Virus genome (UHGV): UHGV-0054899
Origin: a virus
Direction: 5' to 3' (one strand)
Length of the DNA: 15,014 nucleotides
Shown: positions 1 to 7,567 of the stretch, piece by piece
How the letters are laid out: every line of letters begins with the position of its first letter
Position numbering within the stretch: the first letter of the stretch is position 1
The notes under the pieces: model-generated
Told to the model about the DNA's origin: nothing
The model's database searches: none
Seen by the model: the letters and a program-made list of their open reading frames with translations, nothing else
Made by a program: the position numbers and the translations under genes

Positions 1-118
1 GTGGGGTGTCGTTGATGACGATATGGCGCGGTTGGCAAAGCAGGTTGCAGAGATTCTCACCAATAAAAAACGCCCGGCGGCAACCGAGCGTTATGACCAG
101 ATGAATATGAACTTCTAA
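1..118 (+). CDS. cII: cII-like transcriptional activator, 3' partial (C-terminal 38 codons)
   Basis: Frame starting at nt 2 reads WGVVDDDMARLAKQVAEILTNKKRPAATERYDQMNMNF then stop at 116-118. This closely matches the C-terminal tail of lambda CII as I recall it (…EWGVVDDDMARLARQVAAILTNKKRPAATERSEQIQMEF). The 5' end lies outside the window. Confidence 0.75.
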   Translation, partial: WGVVDDDMARLAKQVAEILTNKKRPAATERYDQMNMNF

Positions 119-135
119 TAACTCAGAGGTGAATT

Positions 136-837
136 ATGCCAGGAATTATGATCTCAGGCAACAATGCCAAAATTGGCACTGATGAGCTTCTTTCCATTAT
201 CAATCAGGCCCGATTAGAGCATGGAGAAAAGCCAGTTCGTAACAATGATTTTATCCCTCGGGTCAAGGATGAGCTTGAAGGGGAGCACTACGAAACTTTC
301 GTAGTTCAAAATTCAAACGGCACAAAATCAGAAAACCTTGTGGTATCCAACGACCAGGCAGTATTGATTGGCATGAGGGAGTCGAAGGCGGTTCGCCGAA
401 CTGTCCTCACAAAACTAAAGGAAAAGGAGCCTCCATTATTGCCTCAAACGCTGCCTGAGGCGTTGAGACTTGCAGCTGATTTAGCTGAAGAGAAAATTCA
501 GTTAGAGAGTCAGTTAGCCATTGCCGCCCCGAAAGCACAATTCGTGGATAGCTACGTCAATGCATCTGGATCTCTCGGCTTCCGCGAGACCTGCAAATTA
601 CTCCACATCAAAGAAAACGCCTTCCGTCAGTTCCTGCTCGAAAGTGAAATCATGTACCTGCTTGCAGGCAAGCTAACGCCGTATGCGCAGCATATTGATG
701 CTGGGCGTTTCACTGTGAAAACAGGCGAGAACCAGAATAACGGCCACGCCTTCACCCAAAACAAATTCACGCCCAAGGGCATCCAGTGGATCGCCGGACT
801 GTGGGCGGCACATCAAATCGGAGACAAGGCGGCATGA
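136..837 (+). CDS. phage antirepressor-like protein (Rha-type N-terminal region, KilA-C/ANT-type C-terminal region)
   Basis: ATG at 136 preceded by AGAGGTGA Shine-Dalgarno. 233 aa ORF with typical antirepressor C-terminal composition (…FRETCKLLHIKENAFRQFLLESEIMYLLAGKL…). Stop overlaps next start (ATGA at 834-837). Domain assignment is from recalled family features, not a search. Confidence 0.65.
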   Translation: MPGIMISGNNAKIGTDELLSIINQARLEHGEKPVRNNDFIPRVKDELEGEHYETFVVQNSNGTKSENLVVSNDQAVLIGMRESKAVRRTVLTKLKEKEPPLLPQTLPEALRLAADLAEEKIQLESQLAIAAPKAQFVDSYVNASGSLGFRETCKLLHIKENAFRQFLLESEIMYLLAGKLTPYAQHIDAGRFTVKTGENQNNGHAFTQNKFTPKGIQWIAGLWAAHQIGDKAA

Positions 838-1562
838 GCAGAGCAGCAACGGACTGGGCGTGGGGCCTTGAACTAAAAGCATCACAAAAACTTCTGATGC
901 TCTCTCTGGCAGACCGCGCTGACGAATCGCACTGCTGCTACCCGAGCATACAGCGCCTCGTTAAAGACACCGGCATGGACAGGAAGACCATCGGGAAGTG
1001 GGTCGGGCAGATGATTGACGATGGACTGATTACCGACACCGGAGAGCGTAAAGGTAAGACAAAACAGGTTCGCGTTTTGCGTCTCAATATCGAGGTTAAA
1101 GAAGCCCAAAAACGGAACAGTACCAAAAACGGTAACGATACCAAATTTGGACACGAAACAAGCCCAAATTTGGACACGAAACGATCCCAAAATTGGGATA
1201 CAGAATCAGTCATTGAACCCAACATAGAACCAACTCTCTCTGGGGGCGATGGTTTTGTGAGCGACGCAGCGAAGACAAGAATGGGCCTGCCGACTGGCAG
1301 CGGAATTCCTTTCCCGGCTCAATTCAAACCTTCTGCTGAGCATATCGCCATGGCCGCCGAGAAGGGGGTCAGCATCGAAACCGAGCTTCTGAACTTCCGT
1401 GACTACCACACAGCGCGAGGCACAACCCTGATTGACTGGAATTCAGCCTTCCGTGTCTGGATCCGAAACGCCCGCGTTAACCCCCTGGCATCAAAGCGCA
1501 GCCGCAGTGAGCCAGAAACCCCGCACTGGAATAGCCGTGAAGGCTGGGAGGACTTCCTGTGA
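834..1562 (+). CDS. replication initiation protein, lambda O-like (N-terminal HTH, DnaT-like C-terminal region)
   Basis: ATG at 834 overlapping the upstream stop, AAGG 5 nt upstream. The track's 786 start is a GTG with no better ribosome-binding site. Contains a tandem iteron array in the linker-coding part, as in lambda O. The C-terminal segment (…FRDYHTARGTTLIDWNSAFRVWIRNA…) resembles DnaT-like domains of phage initiators. Confidence 0.75.
   Translation: MSRAATDWAWGLELKASQKLLMLSLADRADESHCCYPSIQRLVKDTGMDRKTIGKWVGQMIDDGLITDTGERKGKTKQVRVLRLNIEVKEAQKRNSTKNGNDTKFGHETSPNLDTKRSQNWDTESVIEPNIEPTLSGGDGFVSDAAKTRMGLPTGSGIPFPAQFKPSAEHIAMAAEKGVSIETELLNFRDYHTARGTTLIDWNSAFRVWIRNARVNPLASKRSRSEPETPHWNSREGWEDFL
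1105..1207. repeat. iteron-like tandem repeats (5 units of 18-23 bp, each starting CCAAA[AT][AT][TC]GG), candidate replication origin
   Basis: Directly visible units: cccaaaaacggaacagta / ccaaaaacggtaacgata / ccaaatttggacacgaaacaag / cccaaatttggacacgaaacgat / cccaaaattgggatacagaatc. The two central units share an identical 19-mer whose core CCAAATTTGG is palindromic. Location inside the initiator gene parallels ori-lambda inside O. Confidence 0.55.
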
Positions 1563-2335
1563 CAATGCAACTGATGGCAGCAATTCAGAACCGTGACGGC
1601 GAGGCGTTTGCCCGGATGTCCGGTAGTTACGACCCCAAAAACGTAATCAACATCGAAGCTGAGAACCTGGTCGATTCGCTGTTTCGCCAACTGAAGCAGA
1701 TCTTCCCGGCGGCATCTCAGACCAACCTGAAGACCGACGCTGACGAGAAGACGGCAAAGCGACAGTGGATCGCCGCATTCTCTGAAAACGGAATACGCAG
1801 CAGAGAACAGCTTTCCGCAGGGGTGAGGCACGCCAGAGCCAGCGAGTCACCTTTCTGGCCTTCCCCTGGGCAATTCATCAAGTGGTGCAAGGATAGCAGT
1901 ACAGTTCTTGGAATTAACCTGTCTGATGTGATGAATGAGTTTCATCGCTACAGCAGAGAAAAAGGCGTTCACACTGGCGGAGCGGAGAGGTTCCCATGGT
2001 CACATCCCGTCATGTACTGGATTATCACAGATACTCGACGGGCCATGTATCAAAGGCAACTTAGCGAAGTTGAAACTGAAAAGTTCGCAGCTAAAAAGCT
2101 CGAGGAATGGGCGCTAAAAGTAGCTGGAGGAGAACAAATCCCACCACCCGTTATGGCTATTGAGTGCAATTCTGATGTCATTCCCGTAACCCATGAGAGC
2201 CGGAATATCGGTTACCACCCTGAAGGAAAAACATTTGGCTGCATGCCTAATGCTGCAACTTTGGGTGCGCTTACTCCAGCGCAGTGGCTATGGGATGAAT
2301 ATCTCAAAGGGAAGGCCGCCGGCCTTATCAGGTGA
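1559..2335 (+). CDS. P: replication protein P-like (helicase loader)
   Basis: GTG start at 1559 with GGAGG 8 nt upstream, overlapping the upstream stop (GTGA); an in-frame ATG lies at 1565. The protein contains …RQWIAAFSENGIRSREQLSAGVRHARASESPFWPSPGQFIKWCK…, which parallels the lambda P segment …RRQWVLAFRENGITTMEQVNAGMRVARRQNRPFLPSPGQFVAWCR… as I recall it. Confidence 0.8.
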   Translation: MTMQLMAAIQNRDGEAFARMSGSYDPKNVINIEAENLVDSLFRQLKQIFPAASQTNLKTDADEKTAKRQWIAAFSENGIRSREQLSAGVRHARASESPFWPSPGQFIKWCKDSSTVLGINLSDVMNEFHRYSREKGVHTGGAERFPWSHPVMYWIITDTRRAMYQRQLSEVETEKFAAKKLEEWALKVAGGEQIPPPVMAIECNSDVIPVTHESRNIGYHPEGKTFGCMPNAATLGALTPAQWLWDEYLKGKAAGLIR

Positions 2336-2340
2336 AGACG

Positions 2341-2748
2341 ATGGACAGCTTAAAGCAACGCATTCTCGACTACGTATCAGCTAACCAGCCAGCCAAGGTT
2401 GACCTGATTTACAAGGAGCTTGGCATCTGCCGTAACCGGTACTACGAAGAGGCTAAGCAACTCAGGTTCATGGGTATGTTGCGAAGCGTTCCGGGTATCG
2501 GTGTATTCACCGGTGAAGATGCTTATCAGCACTGGCTGAAAAGTGGAGGCTACGAAGAAATCAGACGACGCGCTGTCGATGCAAACCTGAGTAGCCAGGA
2601 AGCGAAGGGGATGAAGAAACCGCGTAACATCGACGACCCGAAGATGTTCGCACCATATGACCCGGCGAAAAATGGAGTCGTGGCTGAATTCATGCAGAGC
2701 GATGCGAGAAAGCGGCTGATGATGGTTTACGGGAGGTTAGGAGCATGA
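2341..2748 (+). CDS. hypothetical phage protein (nin-region-like)
   Basis: ATG at 2341 with AGGTGA 8 nt upstream; the track's 2332 start is a GTG overlapping the P stop. 135 aa; stop overlaps the next start (ATGA). No recognisable motif. Confidence 0.55.
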   Translation: MDSLKQRILDYVSANQPAKVDLIYKELGICRNRYYEEAKQLRFMGMLRSVPGIGVFTGEDAYQHWLKSGGYEEIRRRAVDANLSSQEAKGMKKPRNIDDPKMFAPYDPAKNGVVAEFMQSDARKRLMMVYGRLGA

Positions 2749-3044
2749 AAGAGACACGCAACACACGAGAAATCATTGAGCAGGAATATAACGAATTCCC
2801 TGAAACCATCCTCCACGCTGAACTATGCCGCGCATGTGCTCGCGTAGACGGTCGCAGCATCAAGCAGTCACTCAAGGCATTTGCTCTGGCACGTATCGAG
2901 AAGGTTGAGAGCAAGCCACTTAAAGGCGCACTGGAGCAGATGGCATCAAGCATGTTTCCAGAGACAGAGATAGCCCGTATCCGCTCCTGTGTAGGTCGCA
3001 TGGAGTCGGCACTGGTTAAGACATTCGGAGTGAAGCGAGCATGA
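2745..3044 (+). CDS. hypothetical phage protein
   Basis: ATG at 2745 preceded by GGGAGG…AGGAG; translationally coupled to the upstream gene; 99 aa. Confidence 0.55.
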   Translation: MKETRNTREIIEQEYNEFPETILHAELCRACARVDGRSIKQSLKAFALARIEKVESKPLKGALEQMASSMFPETEIARIRSCVGRMESALVKTFGVKRA

Positions 3045-3127
3045 CTGAACCTTACATAGCAGAGCTATCTGCAAGCGTGGCCGTGATAGTCGGCCTTTTT
3101 TATGCGATACGCAAAAACATCGATTAA
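3041..3127 (+). CDS. possible small hydrophobic peptide (28 aa, MTEPYIAELSASVAVIVGLFYAIRKNID)
   Basis: ATG overlaps the upstream stop (ATGA), with GGAG upstream. It is below the track's length cutoff and overlaps a weak hairpin plus T-run (3079-3102), so it may simply be terminator sequence. Confidence 0.25.
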   Translation: MTEPYIAELSASVAVIVGLFYAIRKNID

Positions 3128-3129
3128 CA

Positions 3130-3152
3130 GGCTCGCATCGCGGGCCTTTTTT
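3130..3152 (+). terminator. Rho-independent terminator candidate
   Basis: GGCUCGC-AUC-GCGGGCC stem (7 bp with one G·U pair) followed by UUUUUU. It sits between the replication/nin-like block and the next gene. Confidence 0.5.
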
Positions 3153-3166
3153 ATGAGGGTAGGATT

Positions 3167-3682
3167 ATGACTAATGAATCAAGCGCAAACGCAATCATTG
3201 GCAACACGCTAAGAATTATCGCTTCTGGCGAATACCATCCCGGAGCAGAACTTACTCAAAAGATGGCGTCTTACATCATCGAACTTGAGCAAAAACTCAC
3301 AGACATGGCAGTACAGCTTGCTAACGCCGAGAGCAAGTGCAGGGAGCTGGCGGCGGCAGAGAACAACCTCATTGATAGCGAATGTCATGTTGCTGAACTG
3401 GAGGACGCGCTACGTGATAAACAGGCATTAATTGAAGCTGCAGAGAAGCGCATAGCAGAGCATAACTTTGAAAATCGGTTACTGGCTAATGCTGATCGCG
3501 ATATCAAAGCATTGCGACAGCGCATAGCAGAACTGGAGGCGGGGACGGTGGCAGTAAAGCTATTCGGTGACTTCCAGATTGTCCACTATGGCGGTTCTGA
3601 GGATTACGCGAAAGGTTATATCGACTGCCAGAACAACTACAACAAGGCGCTTGCCGCCGCTGGCATTGGCGTGAAGGGGTAG
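3167..3682 (+). CDS. Ea22-like coiled-coil protein (putative)
   Basis: ATG at 3167 with GAGGGTAGGA upstream. 171 aa with long heptad-like E/A/L/K-rich stretches (…LEQKLTDMAVQLANAESKCRELAAAENNL…ALRQRIAELEAG…), typical of ead/Ea22-like lambdoid proteins. Family call is from memory. Confidence 0.55.
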   Translation: MTNESSANAIIGNTLRIIASGEYHPGAELTQKMASYIIELEQKLTDMAVQLANAESKCRELAAAENNLIDSECHVAELEDALRDKQALIEAAEKRIAEHNFENRLLANADRDIKALRQRIAELEAGTVAVKLFGDFQIVHYGGSEDYAKGYIDCQNNYNKALAAAGIGVKG

Positions 3683-3686
3683 TGAG

Positions 3687-3890
3687 ATGTCAAAGTCACC
3701 AATGAAACTCATGCTACGGGCATGGAACAAAGAGCTTAAAAATCCAGAATGGGGCATGGGCAATCGTAAACACCGCAAAGCTTGTGCTCGTGATTTTGCC
3801 GGAGCCAGCATAGAAACAGATGCTGATATCCCTAACCAAGCCGAAGCAGATGACCGCCTGGCGGAAGAACTTACTTACTGGACGGACTAA
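3687..3890 (+). CDS. hypothetical small phage protein
   Basis: ATG at 3687 with AAGGGG upstream; 67 aa. Confidence 0.5.
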   Translation: MSKSPMKLMLRAWNKELKNPEWGMGNRKHRKACARDFAGASIETDADIPNQAEADDRLAEELTYWTD

Positions 3891-3893
3891 CCC

Positions 3894-4091
3894 ATGACAA
3901 CTAACCACCCGGCGCACGGTCCTGTATCACTCGATCGCCTGCACCAGATAAGCGAAATACTCAGCAAAGCAGCAGCACAAAGCGACGGCGGTAATCTCGG
4001 CTACGCAATGGCTGATGCTGTGAAGGTGATTGATGGGGTTCTGGAGTCGATGGCCCGCGAACAAGTACGCCGTGAACATGCAGCATGGTAA
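3894..4091 (+). CDS. hypothetical protein; probable N-terminal fragment of the downstream MazG-like gene
   Basis: 65-codon ORF ending at TAA 4089-4091. The same reading frame continues open straight into the downstream ORF (see findings). Confidence 0.45.
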   Translation: MTTNHPAHGPVSLDRLHQISEILSKAAAQSDGGNLGYAMADAVKVIDGVLESMAREQVRREHAAW

Positions 4092-4196
4092 CTGGCTACT
4101 TTCGGGGATGTCGGCCCAGTTGGTCCGCTGAAGCACCTTTCCAAAGAAGCGCTCGAGGCCGCTGCGGAACCAGGCGACCTTAGCGAATGGGCTGAC

Positions 4197-4643
4197 ATGC
4201 AGTTCCTGTTATGGGATGCGCAACGTCGTGCCGGTATCAGTGATGAGCAGATTAACCAGGCGATGGTAGAAAAGCTGGCGGTTAACAAACAGCGCAAATG
4301 GCCTGAGCCGAAAGATGGTGAGCCGCGACTGCATATCAAAGAGCAGCCTGCGCCGGTTGTGCCAGAGGTAATGGCGGACCCTGACGAGAGTCAGTATGGC
4401 GGAACATATGATGAGGATTATCAGGCGGAATGCGCATACGTGGAGGGCTGGAACGCCTGCCGCGCCGCCATGCTTCAGGCTGGCAACTCTCCGGTAACTC
4501 CGGATGGTTACGTACTGGTTCCGAAGGAGATTACCTGTGCAATGGACGATGCGGCATGGGAGGCATATCACGAAACTAGATGCATGAGTGATATATGGGC
4601 AGCGTTACTCGCAGTAGCACCGAAGCAGGAGGATGTAAAATGA
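4197..4643 (+). CDS. MazG-like nucleotide pyrophosphohydrolase-like protein (DUF550/DUF551-like), possibly truncated or disrupted
   Basis: First ATG at 4197, but the frame is open from 4092 and the 35 codons upstream (LATFGDVGPVGPLKHLSKEALEAAAEPGDLSEWAD) look like conserved coding sequence. Family call is from recalled prophage nin-region proteins. Confidence 0.55.
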   Translation: MQFLLWDAQRRAGISDEQINQAMVEKLAVNKQRKWPEPKDGEPRLHIKEQPAPVVPEVMADPDESQYGGTYDEDYQAECAYVEGWNACRAAMLQAGNSPVTPDGYVLVPKEITCAMDDAAWEAYHETRCMSDIWAALLAVAPKQEDVK

Positions 4644-4780
4644 AACTATATGCACTGCGTAAAGATTGCGGTCATCAGTGGACAGTTACCGGATCACTGG
4701 TGACATGTCCTAAATGCGGAGGGCGTAGCTTTTCTGTCAGTACAGCACCGCAGCAGGAGGTGAAGCGATGTCGAAACTAA
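4640..4780 (+). CDS. small zinc-ribbon protein (46 aa)
   Basis: ATG at 4640 with AGGAGG 7 nt upstream, overlapping the upstream stop. Two Cys pairs: C-G-H…C-P-K-C-G-G. The track's longer 4595 start lies inside the previous gene and lacks a ribosome-binding site. Confidence 0.5.
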   Translation: MKLYALRKDCGHQWTVTGSLVTCPKCGGRSFSVSTAPQQEVKRCRN

Positions 4781-5022
4781 CTTTCGTCATTGAGTTTGAG
4801 GATGGTAAAGAACCTCCTGTACATGCTCATATGGAAGCGTTCGGCGGCAAGGTTGTTGCAGTGGCCTTCCGTGATGCACTAAGCGAGCAGGAAGAACGTG
4901 AGCAGGTAACAAGCATTTATGAGCCGCTAAACACTATCCGTTGTTTTATCTGTAATGTTCGCCACCCAATCGGCGTTGCTTGTCCGTTTAATACGATTAC
5001 TTCGGCGGTAAGCAATGGCTAA
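4768..5022 (+). CDS. hypothetical phage protein
   Basis: ATG at 4768 with AGGAGG 7 nt upstream; 84 aa. Confidence 0.55.
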   Translation: MSKLTFVIEFEDGKEPPVHAHMEAFGGKVVAVAFRDALSEQEEREQVTSIYEPLNTIRCFICNVRHPIGVACPFNTITSAVSNG

Positions 5023-5353
5023 ATCCGCAGCAGAGCGCAAAGCCGCGCAGCGTGCCCGTCTGGCTGAAGCCGGTAACCGCAAGATGGAATTGCAACTCGA
5101 CGAGCAGGAAATGGAGATGCTGGCGCGAAACTGCGCCGCCCGGCGCCCTGGTCGTGCGACGTATGAAATGGCTGAGTACATCGCGCTGTTGATCCGCCAG
5201 GATGATGCCCGGGTGCGTGGTCGTATCAAGTCAATCAGTGCTAACCGGTGTGGTAAGTGTGGCGATGTATTACCTGTTGAGTCGTGTCCGTGCGACGGGG
5301 ATTCGGCATGCTGGGTTACGCGTGGCTGGCATGAGACTAAATTATCAGTGTGA
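5015..5353 (+). CDS. hypothetical protein with C-terminal Cys cluster (possible zinc-binding regulator)
   Basis: ATG at 5015; 112 aa. C-terminal motif C-G-K-C-G…C-P-C-D…C. Last gene before the terminase operon. Confidence 0.55.
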   Translation: MAKSAAERKAAQRARLAEAGNRKMELQLDEQEMEMLARNCAARRPGRATYEMAEYIALLIRQDDARVRGRIKSISANRCGKCGDVLPVESCPCDGDSACWVTRGWHETKLSV

Positions 5354-5361
5354 CATGTCAC
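5350..5361. repeat. perfect 12-bp palindrome GTGACATGTCAC (copy 1)
   Basis: Read directly; overlaps the stop codon of the 5015-5353 gene. An identical copy lies at 7556-7567. Confidence 0.8.
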
Positions 5362-5384
5362 GATATCTGCAATAAATTGCAATG

Positions 5385-5410
5385 GCCGCCGACTATGGCG
5401 GCTTTGTTTT
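5385..5410 (+). terminator. Rho-independent terminator candidate upstream of the terminase operon
   Basis: GCCGCC-GACTAT-GGCGGC (6-bp GC stem) followed by TTTGTTTT. It lies inside the track's 5382 N-terminal extension, which argues against that start. Confidence 0.55.
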
Positions 5411-5421
5411 GCGTGTTACTA

Positions 5422-5454
5422 TTACCAAAACGGTAATTATTACTTCGGTGGTAA
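5422..5454. promoter_or_regulatory. two adjacent inverted-repeat sites TTACC-N5-GGTAA (5422-5436 perfect; 5440-5454 TTACT-N5-GGTAA), candidate operator or activator site for the late operon
   Basis: Read directly, immediately upstream of the terminase small subunit start. An identical perfect site is at 8655-8669. Confidence 0.4.
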
Positions 5455-5456
5455 CA

Positions 5457-6050
5457 ATGCCCGCAGAACCAAAAGCACCAAAACGCAAATCAACGCAGTA
5501 CAAGCCACTCACAGCGATGCAGGAGGCTTATGCACAGGAATATACCAAATGCCCTGAGAATCAGACTCAGGCGGCGATTAACGCAGGATTCTCGCCTAAT
5601 CCGGCGGCTGTCAAAGCCAGCGTCATGATGCGTGATGAGCGTATCCAGAAACGGATCGCCGAACTGATGGAAGAGCGCAACAAGCGCCTGCGCGTCAGTG
5701 CTGATTATGTGCTGCTCCGTTTGGTGGAAATTGACCAGATGGATGTGATCGATATCCTCAACGACGACGGCACACTGAAGCCGATCCGCGAGTGGCCGAA
5801 GATATGGCGTACCACGCTGAGCGGTTTCGACCTTTCATCGACCATCATGAACATGGACGAGACATCAATCGAGACGATCCTCAAAAAAATCAAATGGCCT
5901 GACAAGGTGAAGAATCTCGAGCTCATCGGCAAGCACGTCGACGTCAACGCGTTCAAAGAGCGCCTGGAGGTTTCAGGCACTGTCACCATTGCCGACCGCA
6001 TGGCGAAGGCTCGCCGTCGCGTGAAAGAGCAGGCTGGTGGTGAAGAATGA
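5457..6050 (+). CDS. terminase small subunit
   Basis: ATG at 5457 after GGTGG. N-terminal region (…LTAMQEAYAQEYTK…NQTQAAINAGFSPNPAAVKASVMMRDERIQKRIAEL…) is typical of terminase small subunits. Stop overlaps the large subunit start (ATGA). Confidence 0.8.
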   Translation: MPAEPKAPKRKSTQYKPLTAMQEAYAQEYTKCPENQTQAAINAGFSPNPAAVKASVMMRDERIQKRIAELMEERNKRLRVSADYVLLRLVEIDQMDVIDILNDDGTLKPIREWPKIWRTTLSGFDLSSTIMNMDETSIETILKKIKWPDKVKNLELIGKHVDVNAFKERLEVSGTVTIADRMAKARRRVKEQAGGEE

Positions 6051-7528
6051 CAGCCGCATCCATGTCGCCGGAAGAACAACTCGTCGAGGATATCGCTGGG
6101 TTCACGTATGACCCGCTTGGCTATTCTCTGTATGCGTTCCCGTGGGGAGAAGAGGGAACGGAGCTGGCGCATGCCACTGGGCCGCGTAAATGGCAGGCCG
6201 ACGCATTCCGCGAGATACGCGATCACCTCCAGAACCCCGTTACCCGCCATCAACCGCTGATGCTGGCGCGCGCATCCGGTCACGGCATCGGTAAATCCGC
6301 TTTCATATCGATGCTGATTAACTGGGGCATGTCCACCTGCGAGGATTGCAAGGTGGTGGTGACCGCCAATACCGACAACCAGCTGCGTACCAAGACATGG
6401 CCGGAAATCATCAAATGGTCCAACCTGGCTATCACCAAAGAGTGGTTCACCTGCACCGCCACCGCGATGTACAGCAACGATCCCGGACACGATAAACGCT
6501 GGCGCGCTGACGCCATTCCGTGGTCTGAGCACAACACCGAGGCATTCGCAGGGCTGCATAACGAGCGTAAGCGCATTATCGTGGTGTTCGACGAAGCGTC
6601 CAACATTGCCGATCTGGTATGGGAGGTTGCCGAGGGTGCGCTGACGGACGAGGACACTGAAATCATCTGGGTGGCGTTCGGGAACCCAACGCGCAACACC
6701 GGGCGTTTCCGCGAATGCTTTCGCAAATACAAGCACCGCTGGAAGTGCGCGCAGATTGACAGTCGCACCGTTGAAGGCACCAACAAGCAGCAGTTGCAGA
6801 AATGGGTGGACGACTACGGAGAGGACAGCGACTTCGTGAAGGTCCGTGTGCGCGGGATCTTCCCTGATGCGTCTGAGAACCAGTTTATCCCATCAGGCCT
6901 GACACAGCCTGCCGTGGGCAGGGTTATCACTCCGGCGCAGGTCCAGCACGCTGCTGTAGTTCTTGGCGTCGACCCGTCTCACCAGGGTAAAGACCCGGCA
7001 GTTATCTACCTTAGGCAAGGGCTGCACTGTAAGAAACTTGGCGAGTGGCAACGAACTACCGACGACGTATTGTTTGCTAAGGTGATTGCCGACTTTGAAG
7101 ACCAGTACCAGGCCGATGCTGTGTTTATCGATTACGGGTACGGGACCGGGCTTAAATCAGTTGGCGATAACTGGGGCCGTAACTGGACCCTGATTCAGTT
7201 CGGCAGCGGTACGGCAGATCCAGAGATGGGCAATAAACGCGGTGAGATGTACAAATCAGCCCGCGATGCGCTGAAGCTTGGGGCGCAACTCGACAGCCAG
7301 AACCTTGCCGATGAGCTGAGTGCGCCGGAGTACAAGGTCAGGCTGAAGGACAGCAGGAAGATTTTGCAGGACAAGGAAGAAGTCAAAGAGTTGCTTGGCA
7401 GATCCCCGAACGATGCCGACGCATACGTGCTGACATATGCCGCTCCTGTGACCAAAAAGCAATTCAACTATGGGCAGCAGCAGAGCCAGCATGGCAAGGC
7501 TCTCACAGAGTACGATCCCTATGCATGA
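6047..7528 (+). CDS. terminase large subunit
   Basis: 493 aa, translationally coupled to the small subunit. Walker A-like SGHGIGKS, Walker B-like IIVVFDEAS, and a C-terminal nuclease-type region (…VLGVDPS…). Confidence 0.9.
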   Translation: MTAASMSPEEQLVEDIAGFTYDPLGYSLYAFPWGEEGTELAHATGPRKWQADAFREIRDHLQNPVTRHQPLMLARASGHGIGKSAFISMLINWGMSTCEDCKVVVTANTDNQLRTKTWPEIIKWSNLAITKEWFTCTATAMYSNDPGHDKRWRADAIPWSEHNTEAFAGLHNERKRIIVVFDEASNIADLVWEVAEGALTDEDTEIIWVAFGNPTRNTGRFRECFRKYKHRWKCAQIDSRTVEGTNKQQLQKWVDDYGEDSDFVKVRVRGIFPDASENQFIPSGLTQPAVGRVITPAQVQHAAVVLGVDPSHQGKDPAVIYLRQGLHCKKLGEWQRTTDDVLFAKVIADFEDQYQADAVFIDYGYGTGLKSVGDNWGRNWTLIQFGSGTADPEMGNKRGEMYKSARDALKLGAQLDSQNLADELSAPEYKVRLKDSRKILQDKEEVKELLGRSPNDADAYVLTYAAPVTKKQFNYGQQQSQHGKALTEYDPYA

Positions 7529-7551
7529 AAAAGCCCGCGCATCGACGGGCT
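7527..7551 (-). terminator. Rho-independent terminator for the minus-strand accessory gene
   Basis: Stem AGCCCG / CGGGCT with an 8-nt loop; on the minus strand it is followed by UUUUU (the + strand AAAAA at 7527-7531). On the + strand there is no T-run after it. Confidence 0.5.
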
Positions 7552-7555
7552 GATT

Positions 7556-7567
7556 GTGACATGTCAC
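7556..7567. repeat. perfect 12-bp palindrome GTGACATGTCAC (copy 2; 14 bp TGTGACATGTCACA at 7555-7568)
   Basis: Read directly; lies between the minus-gene stop (7572-7574) and its terminator, and just after the terminase large subunit stop. Confidence 0.8.

Noticed and set aside
786-833. GTG start at 786 for the O-like gene
   Set aside because: It lies inside the antirepressor gene without a better ribosome-binding site; ATG 834 gives the classic ATGA stop-start overlap.
882-1831. Minus-strand ORFs antisense to the O-like and P-like genes (882-1190, 938-1225, 1206-1409, 1403-1831, 1647-1850)
   Set aside because: All overlap well-supported + strand genes, lack ribosome-binding sites and have low-complexity translations.
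4700-4710. Partial third copy of the palindrome (GTGACATGTCC) inside the zinc-ribbon ORF
   Set aside because: Only 10 of 12 positions match, and it lies within coding sequence (L-V-T-C-P), so it is probably coincidental.
5382-5456. Track start at 5382 for the terminase small subunit
   Set aside because: No ribosome-binding site, and the extension would be translated through a terminator hairpin and the operator-like repeats; ATG 5457 after GGTGG is preferred.
5705-6736. 343-aa minus-strand ORF overlapping terminase small and large subunit genes
   Set aside because: Antisense to two strongly supported genes with ATPase motifs, no ribosome-binding site, and a Gly/Arg/Pro/His-rich translation typical of an antisense frame in GC-rich coding DNA.
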